From Auanema rhodensis (lineage: Eukaryota > Animalia > Nematoda), in contig OZ059900.1 in assembly GCA_964057225.1 (NCBI GenBank), forward strand, positions 22,506,001 through 22,570,000: a stretch of DNA of 64,000 nucleotides, given 5' to 3'. Of the stretch, positions 26,201 to 41,300 are shown in pieces. The notes beneath the pieces are model-generated. The model did not search any database. It had not been told where the DNA came from and worked only from the letters and a program-made list of their open reading frames with translations. The translations under genes and the position numbers were made by a program. The stretch's first letter is position 1. Each line of letters starts with the position of its first letter.

Positions 26201-29200
26201 AAGGAAATTAGCATATTCTGAGGGCACGCCCCTTATGGCTAATATTGATTAAATCGATTTTTGTTCATATGAGTCGTCAAATGCAACGAATTTCAGCGTG
26301 TTACACACTAAAATGAAGCATTTTACATGCTGAACACTAGAAAAATACAAAAACACAGTATTTCCCATGAGAAATATTTTATTATACTGGAAACCAGTTT
26401 TTGGAATTTTCGCTGTAAACAAGGTTTTGACTTACGATTTCATGTGTTCAAACTCATGCAATGTCAATGAAACCTAGCTCAAAATTGTTCCTACAACGTC
26501 TAGTTCCACTTTCACGACAAAAAAACAGGGGTTAGAAAATTTAGGAAATTAGCATATTCTGAGGGCACGCCCCTTATGGCTAATATTGATTAAATCGATT
26601 TTTGTTCATATGAGTCGTCAAATGCAACGAATTTCAGCGTGTTACATACTAAAATGAAGCATTTTACATGCTGAACACTAGAAAAATACAAAAACACAGT
26701 TTTTCCCATGAGAAATATTTTATTATGCTGGAAAACCAGTTTTTGGAAATTTCGCTGTAAACAAGGTTTTGACTTACGATTTCATGTGTTCAAACTCATG
26801 CAATGTCAATGAAACCTAGCTCAAAATTGTTCGTACAACGTCTAGTTCCACTTTCACGACAAAAAAACAGGGGTTAGAAAATTTAGGAAATTAGCATATT
26901 CTGAGGGCACGCCCCTTATGGCTAATATTGATTAAATCGATTTTTGTTCATATGAGTCGTCAAATGCAACGAATTTCATCGTGTTACATACTAAAATGAA
27001 GTATTTTACATGCTGAACACTAGAAAAATACAAAAACACAGTATTTCCCATGAGAAATATTTTATTATGCTGGAAAACCAGTTTTTGGAAGTTTCGCTGT
27101 AAACAAGGTTTTGACTTACGATTTCATGTGTTCAAACTCATGCAATGTCAATGAAACCTAGCTCAAAATTGTTCCTACAACGTCTAATTCCACTTTCACG
27201 ACAAAAAAACAGGGGTTAGAAAATTAAGGAAATTAGCATATTCTGAGGGCACGCCCCTTATGGCTAATATTGATTAAATCGATTTTTGTTCATATGAGTC
27301 GTCAAATGCAACGAATTTCAGCGTGTTACATACTAAAATGAAGCATTTTACATGCTGAACACTAGAAAAATACAAAAACACAGTATTTCCCATGAGAAAT
27401 ATTTTATTATGCTGGAAAACCAGTTTTTGGAAATTTCGCTGTAAACAAGGTTTTGACTTACGATTTCATGTGTTCAAACTCATGCAATGAAAATGAAACC
27501 TAGCTCAAAATTGTTCCTACAACGTCTAGTTCCACTTTCACGACAACAAAACAGGGGTTAGAAAATTAAGGAAATTAGCATATTCTGAGGGCACGCCCCT
27601 TATGGCTAATATTGATTAAATCGATTTTTGTTCATATGAGTCGTCAAATGCAACGAATTTCAGCCTGTTACATACTAAAATGAAGCATTTCACATGCTGA
27701 ACACTAGAAAAATACAAAAACACAGTATTTCCCATGAGAAATATTTTATTATGCTGGAAAACCAGTTTTTGGAAAGTTCGCTGTAAACAAGGTTTTGACT
27801 TACGATTTCATGTGTTCAAACTCATGCAATGTCAATGAAACCTAGCTCAAAATTGTTCGTACAACGTCTAGTTCCACTTTCACGACAAAAAAACAGGGGT
27901 TAGAAAATTAAGGAAATTAGCATATTCTGAGGGCACGCCCCTTATGGCTAATATTGATTAAATCGATTTTTGTTCATATGAGTCGTCAAATGCAATTAAT
28001 TTCAGCGTGTTACATACTAAAATGAAGCATTTTACATGCTGAACACTAAAAAAATACAAAAACACAGTATTTCCCATGAGAAATATTTTATTATGCTGGA
28101 AAACGAGTTTTTGGAAATTTCGCTGTAAACAAGGTTTTGACTTACGATTTCATGTGTTCAAACTCATGCAATGTCAATGAAACCTAGCTCAAAATTGTTC
28201 CTACAACGTCTAGTTCCACTTTCACGACAAAAAAACAGGGGTTAGAAAATTAAGGAAATTAGCATATTCTGAGGGCACGCCCCTTATGGCTAATATTGAT
28301 TAAATCGATTTTTGTTCATATGAGTCGTCAAATGCAACGAATTTCAGCGTGTTACATACTTAAATGAAGCATTTTACATGCTGAACACTAGAAAAATACA
28401 AAAACACAGTATTTCCCATGAGAAATATTTTATTATACTGGAAACCAGTTTTTGGAATTTTCGCTGTAAACAAGGTTTTGACTTACGATTTCATGTGTTC
28501 AAACTCATGCAATGTCAATGAAACCTAGCTCAAAACTGTTCGTACAACGTCTAGTTCCACTTTCACGACAAAAAAACAGGGGTTAGAAAATTTAGGAAAT
28601 TAGCATATTCTGAGGGCACGCCCCTTATGGCTAATATTGATTAAATCGATTTTTGTTCATATGAGTCGTCAAATGCAACGAATTTCAGCGTGTTACATAC
28701 TAAAATGAAGTATTTTACATGCTGAACACTAGAAAAGTACAAAAACACAGTATTTCCCATAAGAAATATTTTATTATACTGGAAACCAGTTTTTGGAATT
28801 TTCGCTGTAAACAAGGTTTTGACTTACGATTTCATGTGTTCAAACTCATGCAATGTCAATGAAACCTAGCTCAAAATTGTTCGTACAACGTCTAGTTCCA
28901 CTTTCACGACAAAAAAACAGGGGTTAGAAAATTAAGGAAATTAGCATATTCTGAGGGCACGCCCCTTATGGCTAATATTGATTAAATCGATTTTTGTTCA
29001 TATGAGTCGTCAAATGCAATTAATTTCAGCGTGTTACATACTTAAATGAAGCATTTTACATGCTGAACACTAGAAAAATACAAAAACACAGTATTTCCCA
29101 TGAGAAATATTTTATTATACTGGAAACCAGTTTTTGGAATTTTCGCTGTAAACAAGGTTTTGACTTACGATTTCATGTGTTCAAACTCATGCAATGTCAA

Positions 29201-29388
29201 TGAAACCTAGCTCAAAACTGTTCGTACAACGTCTAGTTCCACTTTCACGACAAAAAAACAGGGGTTAGAAAATTTAGGAAATTAGCATATTCTGAGGGCA
29301 CGCCCCTTATGGCTAATATTGATTAAATCGATTTTTGTTCATATGAGTCGTCAAATGCAACGAATTTCAGCGTGTTACATACTAAAAT

Positions 29389-32300
29389 GAAGCATTTTAC
29401 ATGCTGAACACTAGAAAAATACAAAAACACAGTTTTTCCCATGAGAAATATTTTATTATGCTGGAAAACCAGTTTTTGGAAATTTCGCTGTAAACAAGGT
29501 TTTGACTTACGATTTCATGTGTTCAAACTCATGCAATGTCAATGAAAGCTAGCTCAAAATTGTTCGTACAACGTCTAGTTCCACTTTCACGACAAAAAAA
29601 CAGGGGTTAGAAAATTTAGGAAATTAGCATATTCTGAGGGCACGCCCCTTATGGCTAATATTGATTAAATCGATTTTTGTTCATATGAGTCGTCAAATGC
29701 AACGAATTTCATCGTGTTACATACTAAAATGAAGTATTTTACATGCTGAACACTAGAAAAATACAAAAAACAGTATTTCCCATGAGAAATATTTTATTAT
29801 GCTGGAAAACCAGTTTTTGGAAGTTTCGCTGTAAACAAGGTTTTGACTTACGATTTCATGTGTTCAAACTCATGCAATGTCAATGAAACCTAGCTCAAAA
29901 TTGTTCCTACAACGTCTAATTCCACTTTCACGACAAAAAAACAGGGGTTAGAAAATTAAGGAAATTAGCATATTCTGAGGGCACGCCCCTTATGGCTAAT
30001 ATTGATTAAATCGATTTTTGTTCATATGAGTCGTCAAATGCAACGAATTTCAGCGTGTTACATACTAAAATGAAGCATTTTACATGCTGAACACTATAAA
30101 AATACAAAAACACAGTATTTCCCATGAGAAATATTTTATTATGCTGGAAACCAGTTTTTGGAATTTTCGCTGTAAACAAGGTTTTGACTTACGATTTCAT
30201 GTGTTCAAACTCATGCAATGTCAATAAAACCTAGCTCAAAATTGTTCGTACAACGTCTAGTTCCACTTTCACGACAAAAAAACAGGGGTTAGAAAATTTA
30301 GGAAATTAGCATATTCTGAGGGCACGCCCCTTATGGCTAATATTGATTAAATCGATTTTTGTTCATATGAGTCGTCAAATGCAACGAATTTCATCGTGTT
30401 ACATACTAAAATGAAGTATTTTATATGCTGAACACTAGAAAAATACAAAAAACAGTATTTCCCATGAGAAATATTTTATTATGCTGGAAAACCAGTTTTT
30501 GGAAGTTTCGCTGTAAACAAGGTTTTGACTTACGATTTCATGTGTTCAAACTCATGCAATGTCAATGAAACCTAGCTCAAAATTGTTCCTACAACGTCTA
30601 ATTCCACTTTCACGACAAAAAAACAGGGGTTAGAAAATTAAGGAAATTAGCATATTCTGAGGGCACGCCCCTTATGGCTAATATTGATTAAATCGATTTT
30701 TGTTCATATGAGTCGTCAAATGCAACGAATTTCAGCGTGTTACATACTAAAATGAAGTATTTTACATGCTGAACACTAGAAAAATACAAAAAACAGTATT
30801 TCCCATGAGAAATATTTTATTATGCTGGAAAACCAGTTTTTGGAAATTTCGCTGTAAACAAGGTTTTGACTTACGATTTCATGTGTTCAAACTCATGCAA
30901 TGTCAATGAAACCTAGCTCAAAATTGTTCCTACAACGTCTAATTCCACTTTCACGACAAAAAAACAGGGGTTAGAAAATTTAGGAAATTAGCATATTCTG
31001 AGGGCACGCCCCTTATGGCTAATATTGATTAAATCGATTTTTGTTCATATGAGTCGTCAAATGCAACGAATTTCATCGTGTTACATACTAAAATGAAGTA
31101 TTTTACATGCTGAACACTAGAAAAATACAAAAAACAGTATTTCCCATGAGAAATATTTTATTATGCTGGAAAACCAGTTTTTGGAAGTTTCGCTGTAAAC
31201 AAGGTTTTGACTTACGATTTCATGTGTTCAAACTCATGCAATGTCAATGAAACCTAGCTCAAAATTGTTCCTACAACGTCTAATTCCACTTTCACGACAA
31301 AAAAACAGGGGTTAGAAAATTAAGGAAATTAGCATATTCTGAGGGCACGCCCCTTATGGCTAATATTGATTAAATCGATTTTTGTTCATATGAGTCGTCA
31401 AATGCAACGAATTTCAGCGTGTTACATACTAAAATGAAGCATTTTACATGCTGAACACTATAAAAATACAAAAACACAGTATTTCCCATGAGAAATATTT
31501 TATTATGCTGGAAACCAGTTTTTGGAATTTTCGCTGTAAACAAGGTTTTGACTTACGATTTCATGTGTTCAAACTCATGCAATGTCAATAAAACCTAGCT
31601 CAAAATTGTTCGTACAACGTCTAGTTCCACTTTCACGACAAAAAAACAGGGGTTAGAAAATTTAGGAAATTAGCATATTCTGAGGGCACGCCCCTTATGG
31701 CTAATATTGATTAAATCGATTTTTGTTCATATGAGTCGTCAAATGCAACGAATTTCATCGTGTTACATACTAAAATGAAGTATTTTATATGCTGAACACT
31801 AGAAAAATACAAAAAACAGTATTTCCCATGAGAAATATTTTATTATGCTGGAAAACCAGTTTTTGGAAGTTTCGCTGTAAACAAGGTTTTGACTTACGAT
31901 TTCATGTGTTCAAACTCATGCAATGTCAATGAAACCTAGCTCAAAATTGTTCCTACAACGTCTAATTCCACTTTCACGACAAAAAAACAGGGGTTAGAAA
32001 ATTAAGGAAATTAGCATATTCTGAGGGCACGCCCCTTATGGCTAATATTGATTAAATCGATTTTTGTTCATATGAGTCGTCAAATGCAACGAATTTCAGC
32101 GTGTTACATACTAAAATGAAGCATTTTACATGCTGAACACTATAAAAATACAAAAACACAGTATTTCCCATGAGAAATATTTTATTATGCTGGAAAACCA
32201 GTTTTTGGAAATTTCGCTGTAAACAAGGTTTTGACTTACGATTTCATGTGTTCAAACTCATGCAATGTCAATGAAACCTAGCTCAAAATTGTTCCTACAA

Positions 32301-35300
32301 CGTCTAGTTCCACTTTCACGACAAAAAACAGGGGTTAGAAAATTAAGGAAATTAGCATATTCTGAGGGCACGCCCCTTATGGCTAATATTGATTAAATCG
32401 ATTTTTGTTCATATGAGTCGTCAAATGCAACGAATTTCAGCGTGTTACATACTAAAATGAAGCATTTTACATGCTGAACACTAGAAAAATACAAAAACAC
32501 AGTAGTTCCCATGAGAAATATTTTATTATGCTGGAAAACCAGTTTTTGGAAAGTTCGCTGTAAACAAGGTTTTGACTTACGATTTCATGTGTTCAAACTC
32601 ATGCAATGTCAATGAAACCTAGCTCAAAATTGTTCGTACAACGTCTAGTTCCACTTTCACGACAAAAAAACAGGGGTTAGAAAATTAAGGAAATTAGCAT
32701 ATTCTGAGGGCACGCCCCTTATGGCTAATATTGATTAAATCGATTTTTGTTCATATGAGTCGTCAAATGCAATTAATTTCAGCGTGTTACATACTAAAAT
32801 GAAGCATTTTACATGCTGAACACTAAAAAAATACAAAAACACAGTATTTCCCATGAGAAATATTTTATTATGCTGGAAAACCAGTTTTTGGAAAGTTCGC
32901 TGTAAACAAGGTTTTGACTTACGATTTCATGTGTTCAAACTCATGCAATGTCAATGAAACCTAGCTCAAAATTGTTCGTACAACGTCTAGTTCCACTTTC
33001 ACGACAAAAAAACAGGGGTTAGAAAATTAAGGAAATTAGCATATTCTGAGGGCACGCCCCTTATGGCTAATATTGATTAAATCGATTTTTGTTCATATGA
33101 GTCGTCAAATGCAATTAATTTCAGCGTGTTACATACTAAAATGAAGCATTTTACATGCTGAACACTAAAAAAATACAAAAACACAGTATTTCCCATGAGA
33201 AATATTTTATTATGCTGGAAAACCAGTTTTTGGAAAGTTCGCTGTAAACAAGGTTTTGACTTACGATTTCATGTGTTCAAACTCATGCAATGTCAATGAA
33301 ACCTAGCTCAAAATTGTTCGTACAACGTCTAGTTCCACTTTCACGACAAAAAAACAGGGGTTAGAAAATTAAGGAAATTAGCATATTCTGAGGGCACGCC
33401 CCTTATGGCTAATATTGATTAAATCGATTTTTGTTCATATGAGTCGTCAAATGCAATTAATTTCAGCGTGTTACATACTAAAATGAAGCATTTTACATGC
33501 TGAACACTAAAAAAATACAAAAACACAGTATTTCCCATGAGAAATATTTTATTATGCTGGAAAACGAGTTTTTGGAAATTTCGCTGTAAACAAGGTTTTG
33601 ACTTACGATTTCATGTGTTCAAACTCATGCAATGTCAATGAAACCTAGCTCAAAATTGTTCCTACAACGTCTAGTTCCACTTTCACGACAAAAAAACAGG
33701 GGTTAGAAAATTAAGGAAATTAGCATATTCTGAGGGCACGCCCCTTATGGCTAATATTGATTAAATCGATTTTTGTTCATATGAGTCGTCAAATGCAACG
33801 AATTTCAGCGTGTTACATACTTAAATGAAGCATTTTACATGCTGAACACTAGAAAAATACAAAAACACAGTTTTTCCCATGAGAAATATTTTATTATGCT
33901 GGAAAACCAGTTTTTGGAAATTTCGCTGTAAACAAGGTTTTGACTTACGATTTCATGTGTTCAAACTCATGCAATGTCAATAAAACCTAGCTCAAAATTG
34001 TTCGTACAACGTCTAGTTCCACTTTCACGACAAAAAAACAGGGGTTAGAAAATTTAGGAAATTAGCATATTCTGAGGGCACGCCCCTTATGGCTAATATT
34101 GATTAAATCGATTTTTGTTCATATGAGTCGTCAAATGCAACGAATTTCAGCGTGTTACATACTAAAATGAAGCATTTTACATGCTGAACACTAGAAAAAT
34201 ACAAAAACACAGTTTTTCCCATGAGAAATATTTTATTATGCTGGAAAACCAGTTTTTGGAAATTTCGCTGTAAACAAGGTTTTGACTTACGATTTCATGT
34301 GTTCAAACTCATGCAATGTCAATGAAAGCTAGCTCAAAATTGTTCGTACAACGTCTAGTTCCACTTTCACGACAAAAAAACAGGGGTTAGAAAATTTAGG
34401 AAATTAGCATATTCTGAGGGCACGCCCCTTATGGCTAATATTGATTAAATCGATTTTTGTTCATATGAGTCGTCAAATGCAACGAATTTCATCGTGTTAC
34501 ATACTAAAATGAAGTATTTTACATGCTGAACACTAGAAAAATACAAAAAACAGTATTTCCCATGAGAAATATTTTATTATGCTGGAAAACCAGTTTTTGG
34601 AAGTTTCGCTGTAAACAAGGTTTTGACTTACGATTTCATGTGTTCAAACTCATGCAATGTCAATGAAACCTAGCTCAAAATTGTTCCTACAACGTCTAAT
34701 TCCACTTTCACGACAAAAAAACAGGGGTTAGAAAATTAAGGAAATTAGCATATTCTGAGGGCACGCCCCTTATGGCTAATATTGATTAAATCGATTTTTG
34801 TTCATATGAGTCGTCAAATGCAACGAATTTCAGCGTGTTACATACTAAAATGAAGCATTTTACATGCTGAACACTATAAAAATACAAAAACACAGTATTT
34901 CCCATGAGAAATATTTTATTATGCTGGAAACCAGTTTTTGGAATTTTCGCTGTAAACAAGGTTTTGACTTACGATTTCATGTGTTCAAACTCATGCAATG
35001 TCAATAAAACCTAGCTCAAAATTGTTCGTACAACGTCTAGTTCCACTTTCACGACAAAAAAACAGGGGTTAGAAAATTTAGGAAATTAGCATATTCTGAG
35101 GGCACGCCCCTTATGGCTAATATTGATTAAATCGATTTTTGTTCATATGAGTCGTCAAATGCAACGAATTTCATCGTGTTACATACTAAAATGAAGTATT
35201 TTATATGCTGAACACTAGAAAAATACAAAAAACAGTATTTCCCATGAGAAATATTTTATTATGCTGGAAAACCAGTTTTTGGAAGTTTCGCTGTAAACAA

Positions 35301-38300
35301 GGTTTTGACTTACGATTTCATGTGTTCAAACTCATGCAATGTCAATGAAACCTAGCTCAAAATTGTTCCTACAACGTCTAATTCCACTTTCACGACAAAA
35401 AAACAGGGGTTAGAAAATTAAGGAAATTAGCATATTCTGAGGGCACGCCCCTTATGGCTAATATTGATTAAATCGATTTTTGTTCATATGAGTCGTCAAA
35501 TGCAACGAATTTCAGCGTGTTACATACTAAAATGAAGCATTTTACATGCTGAACACTATAAAAATACAAAAACACAGTATTTCCCATGAGAAATATTTTA
35601 TTATGCTGGAAAACCAGTTTTTGGAAATTTCGCTGTAAACAAGGTTTTGACTTACGATTTCATGTGTTCAAACTCATGCAATGTCAATGAAACCTAGCTC
35701 AAAATTGTTCCTACAACGTCTAGTTCCACTTTCACGACAAAAAACAGGGGTTAGAAAATTAAGGAAATTAGCATATTCTGTGGGCACGCCCCTTATGGCT
35801 AATATTGATTAAATCGATTTTTGTTCATATGAGTCGTCAAATGCAACGAATTTCAGCGTGTTACATACTAAAATGAAGCATTTTACATGCTGAACACTAG
35901 AAAAATACAAAAACACAGTATTTCCCATGAGAAATATTTTATTATGCTGGAAAACCAGTTTTTGGAAAGTTCGCTGTAAACAAGGTTTTGACTTACGATT
36001 TCATGTGTTCAAACTCATGCAATGTCAATGAAACCTAGCTCAAAATTGTTCGTACAACGTCTAGTTCCACTTTCACGACAAAAAAACAGGGGTTAGAAAA
36101 TTAAGGAAATTAGCATATTCTGAGGGCACGCCCCTTATGGCTAATATTGATTAAATCGATTTTTGTTCATATGAGTCGTCAAATGCAATTAATTTCAGCG
36201 TGTTACATACTAAAATGAAGCATTTTACATGCTGAACACTATAAAAATACAAAAACACAGTATTTCCCATGAGAAATATTTTATTATGCTGGAAAACCAG
36301 TTTTTGGAAATTTCGCTGTAAACAAGGTTTTGACTTACGATTTCATGTGTTCAAACTCATGCAATGTCAATGAAACCTAGCTCAAAATTGTTCGTACAAC
36401 GTCTAGTTCCACTTTCACGACAAAAAAACAGGGGTTAGAAAATTAAGGAAATTAGCATATTCTGAGGGCACGCCCCTTATGGCTAATATTGATTAAATCG
36501 ATTTTTGTTCATATGAGTCGTCAAATGCAATTAATTTCAGCGTGTTACATACTTAAATGAAGCATTTTACATGCTGAACACTAGAAAAATACAAAAACAC
36601 AGTATTTCCCATGAGAAATATTTTATTATACTGGAAACCAGTTTTTGGAATTTTCGCTGTAAACAAGGTTTTGACTTACGATTTCATGTGTTCAAACTCA
36701 TGCAATGTCAATGAAACCTAGCTCAAAACTGTTCGTACAACGTCTAGTTCCACTTTCACGACAAAAAAACAGGGGTTAGAAAATTTAGGAAATTAGCATA
36801 TTCTGAGGGCACGCCCCTTATGGCTAATATTGATTAAATCGATTTTTGTTCATATGAGTCGTCAAATGCAACGAATTTCAGCGTGTTACATACTAAAATG
36901 AAGCATTTTACATGCTGAACACTAGAAAAATACAAAAACACAGTTTTTCCCATGAGAAATATTTTATTATGCTGGAAAACCAGTTTTTGGAAATTTCGCT
37001 GTAAACAAGGTTTTGACTTACGATTTCATGTGTTCAAACTCATGCAATGTCAATGAAAGCTAGCTCAAAATTGTTCGTACAACGTCTAGTTCCACTTTCA
37101 CGACAAAAAAACAGGGGTTAGAAAATTTAGGAAATTAGCATATTCTGAGGGCACGCCCCTTATGGCTAATATTGATTAAATCGATTTTTGTTCATATGAG
37201 TCGTCAAATGCAACGAATTTCATCGTGTTACATACTAAAATGAAGTATTTTACATGCTGAACACTAGAAAAATACAAAAAACAGTATTTCCCATGAGAAA
37301 TATTTTATTATGCTGGAAAACCAGTTTTTGGAAGTTTCGCTGTAAACAAGGTTTTGACTTACGATTTCATGTGTTCAAACTCATGCAATGTCAATGAAAC
37401 CTAGCTCAAAATTGTTCCTACAACGTCTAATTCCACTTTCACGACAAAAAAACAGGGGTTAGAAAATTAAGGAAATTAGCATATTCTGAGGGCACGCCCC
37501 TTATGGCTAATATTGATTAAATCGATTTTTGTTCATATGAGTCGTCAAATGCAACGAATTTCAGCGTGTTACATACTAAAATGAAGCATTTTACATGCTG
37601 AACACTATAAAAATACAAAAACACAGTATTTCCCATGAGAAATATTTTATTATGCTGGAAACCAGTTTTTGGAATTTTCGCTGTAAACAAGGTTTTGACT
37701 TACGATTTCATGTGTTCAAACTCATGCAATGTCAATAAAACCTAGCTCAAAATTGTTCGTACAACGTCTAGTTCCACTTTCACGACAAAAAAACAGGGGT
37801 TAGAAAATTTAGGAAATTAGCATATTCTGAGGGCACGCCCCTTATGGCTAATATTGATTAAATCGATTTTTGTTCATATGAGTCGTCAAATGCAACGAAT
37901 TTCATCGTGTTACATACTAAAATGAAGTATTTTATATGCTGAACACTAGAAAAATACAAAAAACAGTATTTCCCATGAGAAATATTTTATTATGCTGGAA
38001 AACCAGTTTTTGGAAGTTTCGCTGTAAACAAGGTTTTGACTTACGATTTCATGTGTTCAAACTCATGCAATGTCAATGAAACCTAGCTCAAAATTGTTCC
38101 TACAACGTCTAATTCCACTTTCACGACAAAAAAACAGGGGTTAGAAAATTAAGGAAATTAGCATATTCTGAGGGCACGCCCCTTATGGCTAATATTGATT
38201 AAATCGATTTTTGTTCATATGAGTCGTCAAATGCAACGAATTTCAGCGTGTTACATACTAAAATGAAGCATTTTACATGCTGAACACTATAAAAATACAA

Positions 38301-41300
38301 AAACACAGTATTTCCCATGAGAAATATTTTATTATGCTGGAAAACCAGTTTTTGGAAATTTCGCTGTAAACAAGGTTTTGACTTACGATTTCATGTGTTC
38401 AAACTCATGCAATGTCAATGAAACCTAGCTCAAAATTGTTCCTACAACGTCTAGTTCCACTTTCACGACAAAAAACAGGGGTTAGAAAATTAAGGAAATT
38501 AGCATATTCTGAGGGCACGCCCCTTATGGCTAATATTGATTAAATCGATTTTTGTTCATATGAGTCGTCAAATGCAACGAATTTCAGCGTGTTACATACT
38601 AAAATGAAGCATTTTACATGCTGAACACTAGAAAAATACAAAAACACAGTATTTCCCATGAGAAATATTTTATTATGCTGGAAAACCAGTTTTTGGAAAG
38701 TTCGCTGTAAACAAGGTTTTGACTTACGATTTCATGTGTTCAAACTCATGCAATGTCAATGAAACCTAGCTCAAAATTGTTCGTACAACGTCTAGTTCCA
38801 CTTTCACGACAAAAAAACAGGGGTTAGAAAATTAAGGAAATTAGCATATTCTGAGGGCACGCCCCTTATGGCTAATATTGATTAAATCGATTTTTGTTCA
38901 TATGAGTCGTCAAATGCAATTAATTTCAGCGTGTTACATACTAAAATGAAGCATTTTACATGCTGAACACTAAAAAAATACAAAAACACAGTATTTCCCA
39001 TGAGAAATATTTTATTATGCTGGAAAACCAGTTTTTGGAAAGTTCGCTGTAAACAAGGTTTTGACTTACGATTTCATGTGTTCAAACTCATGCAATGTCA
39101 ATGAAACCTAGCTCAAAATTGTTCGTACAACGTCTAATTCCACTTTCACGACAAAAAAACAGGGGTTAGAAAATTAAGGAAATTAGCATATTCTGAGGGC
39201 ACGCCCCTTATGGCTAATATTGATTAAATCGATTTTTGTTCATATGAGTCGTCAAATGCAACGAATTTCAGCGTGTTACATACTAAAATGAAGCATTTTA
39301 CATGCTGAACACTATAAAAATACAAAAACACAGTATTTCCCATGAGAAATATTTTATTATGCTGGAAAACCAGTTTTTGGAAGTTTCGCTGTAAACAAGG
39401 TTTTGACTTACGATTTCATGTGTTCAAACTCATGCAATGTCAATGAAACCTAGCTCAAAATTGTTCCTACAACGTCTAATTCCACTTTCACGACAAAAAA
39501 ACAGGGGTTAGAAAATTAAGGAAATTAGCATATTCTGAGGGCACGCCCCTTATGGCTAATATTGATTAAATCGATTTTTGTTCATATGAGTCGTCAAATG
39601 CAACGAATTTCAGCGTGTTACATACTAAAATGAAGCATTTTACATGCTGAACACTATAAAAATACAAAAACACAGTATTTCCCATGAGAAATATTTTATT
39701 ATGCTGGAAAACCAGTTTTTGGAAATTTCGCTGTAAACAAGGTTTTGACTTACGATTTCATGTGTTCAAACTCATGCAATGTCAATGAAACCTAGCTCAA
39801 AATTGTTCGTACAACGTCTAATTCCACTTTCACGACAAAAAAACAGGGGTTAGAAAATTAAGGAAATTAGCATATTCTGAGGGCACGCCCCTTATGGCTA
39901 ATATTGATTAAATCGATTTTTGTTCATATGAGTCGTCAAATGCAACGAATTTCAGCGTGTTACATACTAAAATGAAGCATTTTACATGCTGAACACTATA
40001 AAAATACAAAAACACAGTATTTCCCATGAGAAATATTTTATTATGCTGGAAAACCAGTTTTTGGAAGTTTCGCTGTAAACAAGGTTTTGACTTACGATTT
40101 CATGTGTTCAAACTCATGCAATGTCAATGAAACCTAGCTCAAAATTGTTCCTACAACGTCTAATTCCACTTTCACGACAAAAAAACAGGGGTTAGAAAAT
40201 TAAGGAAATTAGCATATTCTGAGGGCACGCCCCTTATGGCTAATATTGATTAAATCGATTTTTGTTCATATGAGTCGTCAAATGCAACGAATTTCAGCGT
40301 GTTACATACTAAAATGAAGCATTTTACATGCTGAACACTATAAAAATACAAAAACACAGTATTTCCCATGAGAAATATTTTATTATGCTGGAAAACCAGT
40401 TTTTGGAAATTTCGCTGTAAACAAGGTTTTGACTTACGATTTCATGTGTTCAAACTCATGCAATGTCAATGAAACCTAGCTCAAAATTGTTCCTACAACG
40501 TCTAATTCCACTTTCACGACAAAAAAACAGGGGTTAGAAAATTAAGGAAATTAGCATATTCTGAGGGCACGCCCCTTATGGCTAATATTGATTAAATCGA
40601 TTTTTGTTCATATGAGTCGTCAAATGCAACGAATTTCAGCGTGTTACATACTAAAATGAAGCATTTTACATGCTGAACACTATAAAAATACAAAAACACA
40701 GTATTTCCCATGAGAAATATTTTATTATGCTGGAAAACCAGTTTTTGGAAATTTCGCTGTAAACAAGGTTTTGACTTACGATTTCATGTGTTCAAACTCA
40801 TGCAATGTCAATGAAACCTAGCTCAAAATTGTTCCTACAACGTCTAGTTCCACTTTCACGACAAAAAACAGGGGTTAGAAAATTAAGGAAATTAGCATAT
40901 TCTGAGGGCACGCCCCTTATGGCTAATATTGATTAAATCGATTTTTGTTCATATGAGTCGTCAAATGCAACGAATTTCAGCGTGTTACATACTAAAATGA
41001 AGCATTTTACATGCTGAACACTAGAAAAATACAAAAACACAGTATTTCCCATGAGAAATATTTTATTATGCTGGAAAACCAGTTTTTGGAAAGTTCGCTG
41101 TAAACAAGGTTTTGACTTACGATTTCATGTGTTCAAACTCATGCAATGTCAATGAAACCTAGCTCAAAATTGTTCGTACAACGTCTAGTTCCACTTTCAC
41201 GACAAAAAAACAGGGGTTAGAAAATTAAGGAAATTAGCATATTCTGAGGGCACGCCCCTTATGGCTAATATTGATTAAATCGATTTTTGTTCATATGAGT

